A stretch of DNA of 64,000 nucleotides from a virus, in IMG/VR virus record IMGVR_UViG_3300042547_000361, positions 4,327 to 68,326 of that record; one strand, written 5' to 3'. A model generated the notes under the pieces. The model was not told the origin of the DNA. It did no database searches and saw nothing but the letters and a program-made list of their open reading frames with translations. Positions 37,901-48,169 of this stretch are shown piece after piece (within the stretch, counting starts at the first letter, position 1; each line of letters begins with the position of its first letter). The position numbers were made by a program, and so were the translations under genes.

Positions 37901-40900
37901 CAGAACTCAAGCGATACCTTGCATCAGACGCGCTGCAAGAGATGCGGTCTGCCATTGGTTTGGCGCGGCCAACAATAGATCGACTTGAGCAGCGGGTCAA
38001 ACCGTTTGCGTTTCGTGTAGCGCTGTACCTGTCAAAGCTTGACGCACTCAAAGCCCGAGTTGTTGCGCTTGACAAGCGTGTGCAGGACATGCACGTTACT
38101 AAGCGCGAGGAACTTGAAACGCTCAAGAAAATGTCTGCGGCGGATGCGGCGGCAGAGACCCGTGCGCTCAATGAAGCGCAGCGCAATCTTCAAGAGCTGC
38201 GCAAACGTATGGCGGAGTTGGAAGCGCCGCTGCGCAAAGAATTGGAGCCGTTGCTCAAAGAATTTGACACAGCGCAAAAGCAGTTTGATAAAGCAGTTGC
38301 AGCAGAAGAAGCGTTGACGGCAGCAATGCTCAGCAACAACCAACTGTTTGGAGATCGTGAGCTTTTCGCAATCCAGAAGCTGCACAACGTGCAGCAACGG
38401 ATGAAGAACGCTCGCAGCAAACTGCACAAAGAGTTTCAAGAAGATTTTGGCAACGATCCCCGCAACCTTGCGCGGACGATGCGGGAGTTTAAAGAAAGCG
38501 GGAAACAAGGCGCGTTTAACGAGCAGCTTGCAAAAGCGCACAAAGAGTTGTACGACGTATTTTTTGATACGCGCAAAGACGACGTTGCCATACAACAGTA
38601 CTTGAAAACAGCCGCCAAACTGGACGCGCAGATTCAAGAGCAGGCGGGCAAGATTGACGCGCTGGGGGAGAAGCTACTTAACGCAGGTGTTGCACTTGAG
38701 GAAGCGCGTAGCAGCCAACTGGAAGCTGCGGAAAACCGCGACGAAATTCTTGATGCACGGCAACAGTCGCAAGAAGCGCAGCAGATACTCAGGGAGCTGG
38801 AAGCCAAACAACAAGCGCGTCTGGACGCGCTTGAAAAGCTGGAAGTAGAGCTTGGCCTTACACGCACGGAGATTCCGCATCGCGTTAGCGAAACGACAAC
38901 CGTGGCTGAAGTGCTGCGGGCATCGACCGCGTCAGAGAAAGCGCTTATACGGCAACGCAACGAAGCCGAAGCCAAACTTAACGAGGCGGCCGCCCCGGTA
39001 AAAGCGCTTTTCGCGTTTGACCGTCAGCGCACGGAAACACGTACCAAAAAACCCGAGACCGCTGCGCAAACCCAGGAACGGGATGCTCAGCGGCAACGCC
39101 TGCTTGAAGCAATCGGGCGTGATCCGGCCAGCTTTGATGGCGAGCGCGTCTCGTTTGAAAAACGCCGGGGATTGATAGAAGAACTTGGTACGGCAGAAGA
39201 AACGCGTGGAGAACTTGAAGCGCTGATTGCTGCGGCAGATGAAGCCGTTCCCTATTTGCAACAGCAGATTGCGGAAGCCGAGAAAGCGCTCAAGAGCATC
39301 GACAAAGAAATTGCGCAAGTAGAAGCGGCCAACAAGAAACGTCCGCGTAGCTTCCAAGCCAAACTGGAACAGCAGTCGGCAATGGTGGCGCTGGGGCCAC
39401 TGCGCGAGGTGCGGGATCGACTGGCTAAGAGTTTGCAGCCGTACCCACCAAACAGCCGCCCGAAAGACCGTACGGTTCGCAGTCTGGTCGAAGACTTGGC
39501 CGCACACGAGCGTGAGAAAGCCACAGCGCAAAGCAACTTGGCCACGCTTGAAGAACGCAAAGCTGATTTGGAAGCGCTGTTTTCTGACGACCCAGAAGTG
39601 CAGAAGGCGCGTACGCAAGCCATTGACAAGCGCATTGCCAAGGTCGAGAAAAACATTGAGAACCAAAAAGCTTCGCTCAAAGAAAAGGGGATCAAAGCGA
39701 GCACGCTCGACTCAAGGAAGCGCGAGCTGCGTAAGTCCTTTAAAGAACTGCAACGCCTTATGGCGCAGCGTTCGGCCAAGTTTGGTATCACCCGCAAAGC
39801 ACTGGCAGATGTTGGCAGGCCCGAGACCGCTGCGGCGGAAGAAGGCGAGCGCTTGGGCGCTCGCAAAGTGGGCCCTATTGTCAGGCCCGTACGCACCGCA
39901 GGCAACATACGCACAGGTGTGGCGGAGACTACCGAAGAGCGCAAGCTCAGCACACGCTCCAAAATAACTCAGGGCGGTAAGACGAAGACGGAAACGTCCA
40001 AGCAGGCTCAAGCCGCTGGCAATGTCGCTGCTGAAGCGCGTGCAGCTCAGCAGCCAGAAAAAACTGCAACGCAGTTGGCAGTAGAAGAGCTGCAACAGCA
40101 GCAGCAAATACTGGCGGCTAAAGAGCGCCTTGAAACAAGTATCAGGGTGCAGCTTGCTGACCTTGACATCCGGCTCAATGCGCTGCGGCGCAGCCAACGC
40201 CCCAACGTGCTTTTGATTCGTGATTTGGAAGCACAGAAAAGTGTGTTGCAGCGCGATTTGGTTGCCGCACGTATGGATGTGGAGCGCGAAGGTGCGTTGG
40301 CGGCAGAAGCTCAAAATATTGTTGACACCCAGTCCACGGTTGGCGGAATTTTAAGTGCGAGCTTCCCCGACGCTGCTGCGCAAACGCCCGAAGAAACCGT
40401 GCCCGACGACACCGCAGAGGCGTTGCAGACCGGGCTCAAGTCTCTAAGCAAAGACGAAGTTAAAACACTTGAAACTGCGTACGGCGCTAAAAAGCGCACG
40501 GACACTTTCTTGTCCAAGCTGCAAAAAGACGTTGTTGATATGGTCAACAACGGCGGTAAAGCCGTGGCCAAGGGCATCCGCAACATCATCAAAAAGCTGT
40601 CAGAAGGTGTGCTTGCAGTAGCGATGATTTTCAACCCGCAGTTCAACGCTACTAACTTTAGCTTTGATCTGCCCAAGGCGTACAGCCAAACTATCACCGA
40701 GAAGGTCAGCATAAAGGCGCAGGTGCCCGCATCTGCGCGGGAGCAGATGAGCCCGCTGGCACAAATGGTCTACGAGAACATGGCCCCCACCGCCAAGGCG
40801 TCCGGCAAAGGCTTTGGTATTGTGGACAAGGTCAACGGCTCAATCCACTTCTTTAACAACGACGGTAGTGTGTTGGTGCAAGGCCCCGCGCTTATGGGCA

Positions 40901-43900
40901 AAGATGTGGGCGATGTATTGGGCAAGTCGTCGCTTGAGGGCGGCCCCAAGATCACCCCTGCCGGACGCTTTACGTTGGAAGTCTCTAAGGATGATTTCTA
41001 CGGCACTTCGTTCAATTTGCTTGAGACGTTTGACAGCACGGGGTACGTTGCCATACATCCGGTGTATCTAGGCAACCTGAAAGAAAATCGGCTTGGGCGG
41101 CTGCAATCGCCAGAAGCTACGGACAACCGCGTCAGCTACGGCTGCATCAACACCACAAAAGAAATGTTTGTGGACAAGTTGGCCCCCAATGCCGACGCGC
41201 TAAATGGTGGCATGCTGTTTGTGTTGCCCGATGCAACTGAGCGTACTGCGGAAATGTTCCCGGAAAAAGTTGAGACGGTGACCAAGACCATCTCCGGCAC
41301 CGAGCAAACTGCCAAGGCCGAAAGTCGCTCGATTGTTGGACGGGAAGAAAAGCTGTTCGAAGGCAAGACGCTGTTCCAAGTTGCGACGGAGATCAACAAC
41401 TCACCACGCGTTGAAGTTGATCCGCAAAAGAGCGCCGCTACGCTGATGGCCAGCATTGCCGCTACTTCTAAGACCCCCCTGAACAGGGTGGTGGCGGAGC
41501 GGCTCAAAGGTCTGCTTGGCGTGACCGAAGTTCGGATTGCCAAAGATTTGCGCAACGACCAAGGCGGCGCTGTGTACGGCTCCGCTGCGATTGATGGTTC
41601 GCGTATTACGCTTGATGCTGACAGCGGCCTGAACGAGCAGACCATTCTTCACGAGGGCGTTCACGCGGCAATCGAAAGGGTGTTGCGTGCGCCTGAAAAC
41701 ATCATCACACCAAACCAGCGCAAGGCAAAACGCGAACTAGAAGCGCTGTACAAAGCGTACGCTGCCGACGCTGCTGCGCCAAACGACAACGCCAAAGAAA
41801 GCATAAGCGAGTTTGTAGCTGATGCCCTGTCTGACCCCGCAGTTCAACTGTACATGCAGGGCAAGAAGTGGACGCTCAAGCACATGTGGGAGTCGTTTAA
41901 AAACAGCATACTCAGCATGCTGGGGATTGAAACCCCTTCTACCATGCTGGAAGCTACCTTGGCGGCAGCAGACAGGTTGATGCTGACGGTGCCGCGTCCG
42001 ACAGCCAGGACTACAGAAAGCCTGTCTAGGAAAAAACCGAAGTACGCTTCGCCTGAGTGGGCCAGTGCCGGGGAGGACATCGGCAAAGTTGTGGCGCGGC
42101 AGCGCACCTGGGGTGACAAGATCAAGGCCAACGCCACTGGGCTGGCCTTTGAGACCCAGCTTGTGGATCGCTTTGCTGCGTTTGAACGGTTGCGCAAGTA
42201 CATGCCCGAGCAGATGGGCACCCAGATGATGTACTACCTGCGCATGTACGACCAGCGCATGAACTTTGTCTCGCAGGCTGTGAGCAACGGCGCTCTGCGG
42301 TTGGCTGAAAAGACACGCCCTGACGGCAAGACCGAGTACCTCATTGAGAGCAAAGAGGGGGCCAACATCGGCAATGTTGTGCAGATTCTGCGCGATGCGC
42401 AGCCGTTTGTCGGAAACGCCGAGGCTGTGAACCAAGCCTTTACGACCTACCTTGCCGCGCTGCGTGCCGACCGTGTGGGGCTGGCCAAGCTCAACTTTGG
42501 CGGCAGCGTCACGCAAGAGATGCTGGACCGCACTATGCGGATGGTCAACGGCAACGACAAGCTCAAGGATGTCTTTGAGAAAGCCCGCCGCGAGTACAAC
42601 GCATACAACCGCGATCAGATCGCAATGGTTGCCGCCACGGGCGCTATCTCCAAAGAGACGGAAGCAGCGCTAACTCGCACCGAGGACTACATCCCGTTCT
42701 ACCGTGCGCAAAACGGTGTCGTGGAGCTGCTCATTGGCGGCGAAGCGCCCATGCGTATTGGCAGCATTGCTGACCAGCCGTACCTGCAAGAGCTTGTTGG
42801 CGGCGACCAACCAATCTTGGACTTCATGACCAGCTCAGTGCAAAACACCAACATGCTGGTGGATATGGCGCTGCGCAATCTGGCGACCAAGAACGCTGTG
42901 TTTGAGCTGGTTAACCTGGGCGCTGCCAAGATCGTGGCTGGCAAACCGGCTGGCCGGGATGTGGTGCAGTTCAAGGTGGACGGCCAGGACCGCTACGCTG
43001 TGATCTCGTCGGAGAAGGTCACCATTGGCGGCAAGACGTTTGAGACGGGCGTGCCCGCTGACATCTTGGTCAAGGGCATGGAGGGCATCCCTACGCAGAT
43101 GCCGTTCCTGTTCCGCGCTATGGCGATGCCTGCGCAGCTTCTGCGCAAGGCCGTGACGCTCAGCCCCCTGTACATGGCCAAGCAGTTGTTCCGCGACTCA
43201 CTGGCCGCTCCGATTACCTCCGGTGCCAACTTTACACCCGTCATGGGGGCGCTGCGGCAGATCGGCAAAGAGTCTGGCAAAGCGCTGGAGACACGCGGCA
43301 TTACTGGTGGGCAGTACATGACCGGCAGTGCCGACGACATCACCAAGATTTTGCGTGACATATCGGATGGCAAGCCGGGCTGGATGTCGGCACTGAGCAA
43401 GGCCGAGGCTATCGGTATGAAGGCTGACGCTCTGACGCGCCGGGCACAGTACAACAGCTACATTGAGCAGGGCATGTCGGAGATGGAGGCCACGCTCATG
43501 GCGCTGGAGTCCATGAACTTTAACAAGCGCGGTGCCAGCCCCAGCATCCACGTAGCCAACGCACTGATCCCGTTCTTCAACGCCCAGATACAGGGCTTGA
43601 ACGTGCTGTACAAGGCGATGAGCGGCAAGATGCCGTTCAACGACAAGCTCAAGATTCAGCAAAAACTCTTGATGCGTGGCGGCATGATGGCGGCAGCATC
43701 GCTGCTCTACGCCGCGCTGATGGACGATGATGAGGCTTACAAGAACGCTACGCCGGACCAGAAGTACGGCAACTGGTTTGTGCGCGTGCCCGGTGTTGAC
43801 CAGCCGATCCGCGTGCCGGTGCCGTTTGAGATTGGCTACATCTTCAAGGCGCTGCCCGAGGCGCTGTACAACAGCATGACCGACAAGCACGGCAACGAAG

Positions 43901-44622
43901 ATGCGGTCAAGGCGTTCAAGCAAATACTGCTGCAAAGCGTTCCTGGCGGCTCCAGCTACGGCATACCGCAGATCATGAAGCCTGCCATCGAGGCGGGCCT
44001 GGGCAAGTCGTTCTACACCGGGCGTGACATCCTGTCTGCGCGTGAGAAAGAGCTGCTGCCTGAAGATCAGTTCCGCGCCAACACCGCCGAGATTTCCAAG
44101 GTGGTGGGCAAGGCGATGGGCGTATCCCCCATCGTCATGGAGAACCTGGTGCGCGGCTACACCGGCACGATGGGCTTGGCGTTCCTGCACGCACTGAGCC
44201 TGGGCGCTCCCAAGTCGGAGTCCCCCGAAGCTGCGGTCAAGCGCCTGTCTGACTACCCGATCATTGGCGGCTCGTTCCAGCCCAACGATGCCGGGGGCAT
44301 AACCAACGCTGTGTACGAGCGCTTCAACGAAGACATCAAGGTGCGCAACAGCTACAAGAAGATGGTCGAAGAGGGCCGGTCAGCCGAAGCCAAGGAGCTG
44401 CTCCAGCGCCGGGGCAACGAGATCATGGAGGCCGAGATTGCCGATGTGTTCAAGCAGAACATGAACAAGCTCACCCAGGCCGAGCGAGCGATTGCGGCGT
44501 CCAGCCTAACCCCCGATCAAAAGCGCAAGCAGCTTGACGAGCTGCGCAAACTCAAGACGGCCATCTCCCAGACGATGCGCGAGACCGCCGACAAGACGGT
44601 CAAGCTGTCATCCCCCCTTTGA
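34909..44622 (+). CDS. giant polyvalent internal virion protein (L,D-transpeptidase, HExxH peptidase, LPD38-like C-terminus)
   Basis: ITPAGRF...AIH...SYGCIN (YkuD), TILHEGVHA, IRVPVPFEIGYIFKALPE. Confidence 0.8.
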   Translation: MAQYLTLPNGSQFEIRQGETREQALSKALQQYPEAFGFGQAAPTETPESGFVPALKSGISSLKSDVAALAGRTGIMDQAAAEKYIQEQADYQKRTFKPTATFGEAPVTKTLELLGGSFPYMAAPIAAGALAPAGALALGAAGAASAAQFTGSNLSRQMGEGKALGETDITAAALAAVPQAALDALSLKMLPGIRSIFGQAGKEISKDVAQAIAQQSVKEVAKDYAVATGKAMGTEGLTEVGQQALERLQASLSLTDEKARDEYLESLIGGAVLGGVLSPAGRYVERGRQAKKEEADTLAAAMKQREADAKQREAALTSPEGRLAFVEDYEARQARFQELKDIAKPGKDATPLQQAEYTEIKKEKNDLGRSLYRDSAEYKKAVPIAQQLREQRRVDAMTPQEYQMEQLGLAPGLAAPPAAPTPPSATDELFSLYTQGAPATTAPKAEPVSPVNQYVAQQLNLASQSSYLKPEAADYAAYLLQNPEMAAQITTETPMPGLARAERNAVAGMVKLQLQTQAKEALQPRVEDLAGQVPKKAVGKRKAPDYEAYLQDLEAIDFDRREGQTAEDIANMEKLQRPTDVTAQGEMFGQPAQQTVLGEAPKTRRELLADLRVARVAGDRNAAEAIINSLRAVDKRDEADAARVAGGQQKFVLNGEQREELSAQGYSEEQIDEVEAKAQKSLGQAIGAGQTPLSTAIQQVASESRADAFSEVVDLVNRFNKGAAKQEQLDAAKERVVSGLLTDIRQSRQEPLTEEETRDITRNANELLRELTERFGDTRSLSQKGKDLFVPAQTRTGEFRTDEVPGTGYPTVESRVPGRQTFSSPFAAAQSIREGLEELRTRAITSAQAPSYTRTFTPREVSVDAAEAQLSRELAKDPQTHSPEQRRLLEAIGDNVRMMMRPETRQDVSSWLYDLARDPATVPTDKTQAVRDALQMVEQAKLSDQEQLGLPLGPGKKLRQEAPQVLNKPTPVQPGSFSQVSFEPEYEAATPTVFNSYAELKRYLASDALQEMRSAIGLARPTIDRLEQRVKPFAFRVALYLSKLDALKARVVALDKRVQDMHVTKREELETLKKMSAADAAAETRALNEAQRNLQELRKRMAELEAPLRKELEPLLKEFDTAQKQFDKAVAAEEALTAAMLSNNQLFGDRELFAIQKLHNVQQRMKNARSKLHKEFQEDFGNDPRNLARTMREFKESGKQGAFNEQLAKAHKELYDVFFDTRKDDVAIQQYLKTAAKLDAQIQEQAGKIDALGEKLLNAGVALEEARSSQLEAAENRDEILDARQQSQEAQQILRELEAKQQARLDALEKLEVELGLTRTEIPHRVSETTTVAEVLRASTASEKALIRQRNEAEAKLNEAAAPVKALFAFDRQRTETRTKKPETAAQTQERDAQRQRLLEAIGRDPASFDGERVSFEKRRGLIEELGTAEETRGELEALIAAADEAVPYLQQQIAEAEKALKSIDKEIAQVEAANKKRPRSFQAKLEQQSAMVALGPLREVRDRLAKSLQPYPPNSRPKDRTVRSLVEDLAAHEREKATAQSNLATLEERKADLEALFSDDPEVQKARTQAIDKRIAKVEKNIENQKASLKEKGIKASTLDSRKRELRKSFKELQRLMAQRSAKFGITRKALADVGRPETAAAEEGERLGARKVGPIVRPVRTAGNIRTGVAETTEERKLSTRSKITQGGKTKTETSKQAQAAGNVAAEARAAQQPEKTATQLAVEELQQQQQILAAKERLETSIRVQLADLDIRLNALRRSQRPNVLLIRDLEAQKSVLQRDLVAARMDVEREGALAAEAQNIVDTQSTVGGILSASFPDAAAQTPEETVPDDTAEALQTGLKSLSKDEVKTLETAYGAKKRTDTFLSKLQKDVVDMVNNGGKAVAKGIRNIIKKLSEGVLAVAMIFNPQFNATNFSFDLPKAYSQTITEKVSIKAQVPASAREQMSPLAQMVYENMAPTAKASGKGFGIVDKVNGSIHFFNNDGSVLVQGPALMGKDVGDVLGKSSLEGGPKITPAGRFTLEVSKDDFYGTSFNLLETFDSTGYVAIHPVYLGNLKENRLGRLQSPEATDNRVSYGCINTTKEMFVDKLAPNADALNGGMLFVLPDATERTAEMFPEKVETVTKTISGTEQTAKAESRSIVGREEKLFEGKTLFQVATEINNSPRVEVDPQKSAATLMASIAATSKTPLNRVVAERLKGLLGVTEVRIAKDLRNDQGGAVYGSAAIDGSRITLDADSGLNEQTILHEGVHAAIERVLRAPENIITPNQRKAKRELEALYKAYAADAAAPNDNAKESISEFVADALSDPAVQLYMQGKKWTLKHMWESFKNSILSMLGIETPSTMLEATLAAADRLMLTVPRPTARTTESLSRKKPKYASPEWASAGEDIGKVVARQRTWGDKIKANATGLAFETQLVDRFAAFERLRKYMPEQMGTQMMYYLRMYDQRMNFVSQAVSNGALRLAEKTRPDGKTEYLIESKEGANIGNVVQILRDAQPFVGNAEAVNQAFTTYLAALRADRVGLAKLNFGGSVTQEMLDRTMRMVNGNDKLKDVFEKARREYNAYNRDQIAMVAATGAISKETEAALTRTEDYIPFYRAQNGVVELLIGGEAPMRIGSIADQPYLQELVGGDQPILDFMTSSVQNTNMLVDMALRNLATKNAVFELVNLGAAKIVAGKPAGRDVVQFKVDGQDRYAVISSEKVTIGGKTFETGVPADILVKGMEGIPTQMPFLFRAMAMPAQLLRKAVTLSPLYMAKQLFRDSLAAPITSGANFTPVMGALRQIGKESGKALETRGITGGQYMTGSADDITKILRDISDGKPGWMSALSKAEAIGMKADALTRRAQYNSYIEQGMSEMEATLMALESMNFNKRGASPSIHVANALIPFFNAQIQGLNVLYKAMSGKMPFNDKLKIQQKLLMRGGMMAAASLLYAALMDDDEAYKNATPDQKYGNWFVRVPGVDQPIRVPVPFEIGYIFKALPEALYNSMTDKHGNEDAVKAFKQILLQSVPGGSSYGIPQIMKPAIEAGLGKSFYTGRDILSAREKELLPEDQFRANTAEISKVVGKAMGVSPIVMENLVRGYTGTMGLAFLHALSLGAPKSESPEAAVKRLSDYPIIGGSFQPNDAGGITNAVYERFNEDIKVRNSYKKMVEEGRSAEAKELLQRRGNEIMEAEIADVFKQNMNKLTQAERAIAASSLTPDQKRKQLDELRKLKTAISQTMRETADKTVKLSSPL

Positions 44623-44814
44623 TGTAGCGCGGTAGAACCACACGCCAATCTTGCCGTCCTTGATGCGGACGCTGGCTTGAGCGTCGAAGACACGGCAGCG
44701 CAGGGCTTCCTTGAGCCCTGCTTGCCGCACTTCTTCTGTGTTCAGGCACGGGATGAAGAACCCGTGCTTGCGGTCAACCGACCGCCACGGGAACAAGCGG
44801 CTGTAGGATGGCAT
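44608..44814 (-). CDS. hypothetical protein
   Basis: FPW....GFFIPCL pattern; overlaps the primase end and the convergent giant gene. Confidence 0.6.
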   Translation of the reverse strand: MPSYSRLFPWRSVDRKHGFFIPCLNTEEVRQAGLKEALRCRVFDAQASVRIKDGKIGVWFYRATSKGG

Positions 44815-47731
44815 CTTCTATGTCGTCTGCGCGTCTGGTGATCTTGACGGCATTGACCCGCATGGGCGGGCCGTCCGTCTTGGCCATCATGTCCTTGCGC
44901 TGCATGAAGTTGGTAATGAACAGCTTGGATATCTGCTCGCGGAAGGTGTTGTAGCTAAAGCTCATGGCCGAGCAGTACGACCGCAGCAATCGCTCTTCGA
45001 TGTAGAAGTCCACACCGCCACCACCGACGCCGTGCTCGACCCGGCCCATAACCTCCGAGCGCGTGGTGTTCTTGCCAACGATAGAGCCGTCGCTGAACAC
45101 CGCCGACACGCCGGCCTTCTCGCCAAACTTGACCACCACGAACTTGCCCTGGAACTCCTGAATGTAGGCGTTGAGCACATCCTCGGCGGTGCGCTTGCCA
45201 CTGGCGATGCTTTGGCGCTGGCTCTCAAATGTGTCTCTGAGCACGTTGATGATCTCCTGCATGGGAATCTCGGCCAGCCCCGTGTGCTGGCTATTGCACA
45301 GGATGCCAGCGGCAACGATGATCCCAGCCCCCGCCATCCAGAAGCGCTCATCGTTGGGGGCGTTGAACTCCTTGTACATCTGCGCCACGGTCTGCGGCAC
45401 GAGCTTCTTGAGGTAGTCCACGTTGTTCACAAAGTACCGCGCCAGCACATCGCCTGCCAAGCCGTAGTTGCCCTGCAAGGACTTGATGATCTCGATCTCC
45501 TGCGCATCCCAGTCCAGCTTCTCGTCCATCGACATCTCGATCAGGCGGCGCAGCTCGCCCTCAGATGAGTGCTGGCGCACGCTTGTCAGGTAGTCCACCG
45601 CTGGCCGGTTCGATGACATCAGCGCCAGGGCTGCCCAGATCGACAGGTTCAACCGCTCGCGGTTGGTGCCAGACTCCATCCTCTCTTTGCCGCGACCCTC
45701 GGACATACTGAAGAGGAAGGCAGGGAACCACTCAAAGTCGTTGCGGTTGTTGGTGGTGATCTCGTCGGTGACAAGCGGCAAGCTGCGCAGGTGCCCCAGG
45801 CGCTGCTGCATGGCCACGGCAGATGTGCCAGAGCCTGTGCGGTAGTGGATCGGGTGGCCCCAGACAGAGGCGGCGGTGTCGAGCGCCAGGGACTTGCCAG
45901 TACCCGACTCAGCCGAGGCGCAGTGGACGGTGAGACCGAAGAGGCCCGTAAAGCGCATGAGGGGCGACGCCACGCCTGCCAGGAAGATCGTCAGGTGCTT
46001 CCACAGCTTGCGGCGCACCATCATGTTGATGACCGCCTGCCACGCCTCCAGCGTCCCGGCAGGTTTGGTGTTGTTGACGATGTTCTCCAGCCCCGCCATA
46101 GGCACAAAGATGGGCTCGGCACCGGCCTTGTAGATGGAGCTGTTGAAGACGAAGCTGTCGTCGTCTTGCCAGCCGTACGCTGACGGGATGCGGATGGGGG
46201 ATTTTTCGGTGCTCATTTTCTCAACGCTTGCGCGTACGTACTCGTACAGGTTCTTGTCATTGCCCGAGCCGAACGCGGCCAGGATGTTCTGGGTGGCCAG
46301 ATGCTTGAGCGCATCGTCTCTGGCAGCCATGCTTTTTTGCGGCAGCAGGACTTCTTGAATCTGGTCTTTGCGCACAGCCAGCAGGTGCACCTCGTGGGTG
46401 CCGTTGTTGTTCAGGATGTCCACGGGGAATAGGTCGTAGGGCAGCAGCATGTGCTGGCGCTTGATGGTGTTGCCGTCGCCGTCTTCCTCTTCCTTCTCGA
46501 TGAACACGCCGCCGTACCGGCCAAACGCATAGCCCCGAGGTGGCTCTGGGCGGTAAATCTTCTGCGGTGGTGCATCTTCTACAGGCACCTCAAGCTCGAC
46601 GGCCTCGGTCACCGCGTTGATCTTGCGGCCCCAGCCCAGCGGGTTGGTGATCTTGCCCCTGTGCGGGCACTTGGTACACACGCCGGGGTTGGCATCGTTC
46701 ATGGCCTCGCACGAGTACGGCCCTTTGATCTCGTGCAGCTTCCTGTACATCCGGTCGTGATCGTACGGGTGCATGTCGCTCAGCCAGATGCCAGCCTTGT
46801 CGCCGTCTATGCAGACCTTGGTCCAGCTCAGCAGCCCACGCCACAGCGGCTCCATGCCGTCCTCGGACGCGTTCTCGATGTAGTGCGCAATCTGACCGCA
46901 GCCGGTGCCGTCCTTGGTCTTGAGCAGGATTTTTTTGAAGCGCGTGATGCTGTTGCCGATGATGGCCTGCGCAGTGGGCGAAAGAGAAGAGACACTGGTT
47001 GGTCTCTGCCCTGGCAGGGCAAGGGAGGTAGTCCTCTGAACTACTACGTCTTTGTTAAAGCCTTCAGCCGTCAAGATAGCATCGAGGTCGTCCACGGCAA
47101 AGCGGTTGCCCTCAGAGATGAAGCGCACCTTGGTGACCTCACGTACGCGCTTGCCGTTCTTGACCCCGGTATTGATCGTGTCGAACACGCGCAAGACCCT
47201 GGACGCATCGCCGGTCACAGCGTTGTCGATCTTCAGCTCGTGCTTGTGGCACAGCTCCTTGAACCGCTTGGCCAGGGGGAACCAGTCCTCCTTGAACAGC
47301 ATCTCATTGAGCGGCCAGTACGCGTGTATGCCGCCGCCTGAGTGCACAAGCCAGGGGTCACCCAGGCCAGACAGCCCTGTGTCCTCACAGAACTTTTGCA
47401 GTGCAGCCGCCGCAGCCTTGGCGCTGGGGTACGACTTCGGTTTGATGACGCCATCGGCGTCGGGGATGTCTTTGGTGTGGTTGCAGTCCAGATCAACGGC
47501 CAGCACTTGGCTGGCGTGCATGTTGTCCTTGGTGCGGTCTTTGTTGGTGCCGAACGTGGCCAGCGCGAAATATGTGTCGTAACCCTTCTTGGCCCACTTC
47601 TCAACCGTGGGCATGATCTCTTCCAGCGTCTCCCCGAAAACGTGTTCTTTCTTGTTTGTAAGCTCTGCCGCGCAGTAATACCCATTACCCGGCGACGGCA
47701 GAACCTCCGCTAGAAACTCAAGCGGTGTCAT
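44774..47731 (-). CDS. primase-helicase (AEP/RepB-like N-terminus, DUF927-like helicase)
   Basis: VDLD and SGGGIHAYW primase motifs, Cys cluster, Walker A ESGTGKS, Walker B LVTDE. Confidence 0.85.
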   Translation of the reverse strand: MTPLEFLAEVLPSPGNGYYCAAELTNKKEHVFGETLEEIMPTVEKWAKKGYDTYFALATFGTNKDRTKDNMHASQVLAVDLDCNHTKDIPDADGVIKPKSYPSAKAAAAALQKFCEDTGLSGLGDPWLVHSGGGIHAYWPLNEMLFKEDWFPLAKRFKELCHKHELKIDNAVTGDASRVLRVFDTINTGVKNGKRVREVTKVRFISEGNRFAVDDLDAILTAEGFNKDVVVQRTTSLALPGQRPTSVSSLSPTAQAIIGNSITRFKKILLKTKDGTGCGQIAHYIENASEDGMEPLWRGLLSWTKVCIDGDKAGIWLSDMHPYDHDRMYRKLHEIKGPYSCEAMNDANPGVCTKCPHRGKITNPLGWGRKINAVTEAVELEVPVEDAPPQKIYRPEPPRGYAFGRYGGVFIEKEEEDGDGNTIKRQHMLLPYDLFPVDILNNNGTHEVHLLAVRKDQIQEVLLPQKSMAARDDALKHLATQNILAAFGSGNDKNLYEYVRASVEKMSTEKSPIRIPSAYGWQDDDSFVFNSSIYKAGAEPIFVPMAGLENIVNNTKPAGTLEAWQAVINMMVRRKLWKHLTIFLAGVASPLMRFTGLFGLTVHCASAESGTGKSLALDTAASVWGHPIHYRTGSGTSAVAMQQRLGHLRSLPLVTDEITTNNRNDFEWFPAFLFSMSEGRGKERMESGTNRERLNLSIWAALALMSSNRPAVDYLTSVRQHSSEGELRRLIEMSMDEKLDWDAQEIEIIKSLQGNYGLAGDVLARYFVNNVDYLKKLVPQTVAQMYKEFNAPNDERFWMAGAGIIVAAGILCNSQHTGLAEIPMQEIINVLRDTFESQRQSIASGKRTAEDVLNAYIQEFQGKFVVVKFGEKAGVSAVFSDGSIVGKNTTRSEVMGRVEHGVGGGGVDFYIEERLLRSYCSAMSFSYNTFREQISKLFITNFMQRKDMMAKTDGPPMRVNAVKITRRADDIEDAILQPLVPVAVG

Positions 47732-47752
47732 AAGGCTCCTTGGCGCTGGGGG

Positions 47753-47905
47753 TTAGTGTGTCAGTTGGGCTTTGAGTTCGGCGTTCTCGTCGATCAGTTG
47801 GGCAATGCGCATGCACAGCTCCTGCACAAGCTCGTCGTTCTTCTCCATGTACGCATGGCGCAGGAGTTCCTCATTGGTCATGTTGGCAAGTTGTACTCGT
47901 GACAT
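47753..47905 (-). CDS. hypothetical protein (50 aa, not in ORF track)
   Basis: GGAG RBS; MSRVQLANMTNEELLR... coiled coil. Confidence 0.6.
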   Translation of the reverse strand: MSRVQLANMTNEELLRHAYMEKNDELVQELCMRIAQLIDENAELKAQLTH

Positions 47906-48156
47906 ATTCTTCTCCATGCCTCATCGGCTGTGCGTGAGGACTTCATGATTATTAGTAGCAGCTCCACGCGATTTTGATACGCAACGAAAACGTCTTTACC
48001 CATGAACCAATTATATACGGTCTGCCGGGTGACGCCAAGGGCTTGCGCAATCTTGGTCACTGGAAAGTCGAGGTGGACAGCCCATCGCCCAAGCTGATTG
48101 CCTGGGGTCTTGGGCGCTGATAGAACAGCGTCGATTGTTTTTTGAGAGTAGGACAT
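47878..48156 (-). CDS. Cro-like HTH transcriptional regulator
   Basis: VTKIAQALGVTRQTVYNWF helix-turn-helix. Confidence 0.8.
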   Translation of the reverse strand: MSYSQKTIDAVLSAPKTPGNQLGRWAVHLDFPVTKIAQALGVTRQTVYNWFMGKDVFVAYQNRVELLLIIMKSSRTADEAWRRICHEYNLPT

Positions 48157-48169
48157 TGTTGTATTGGGT

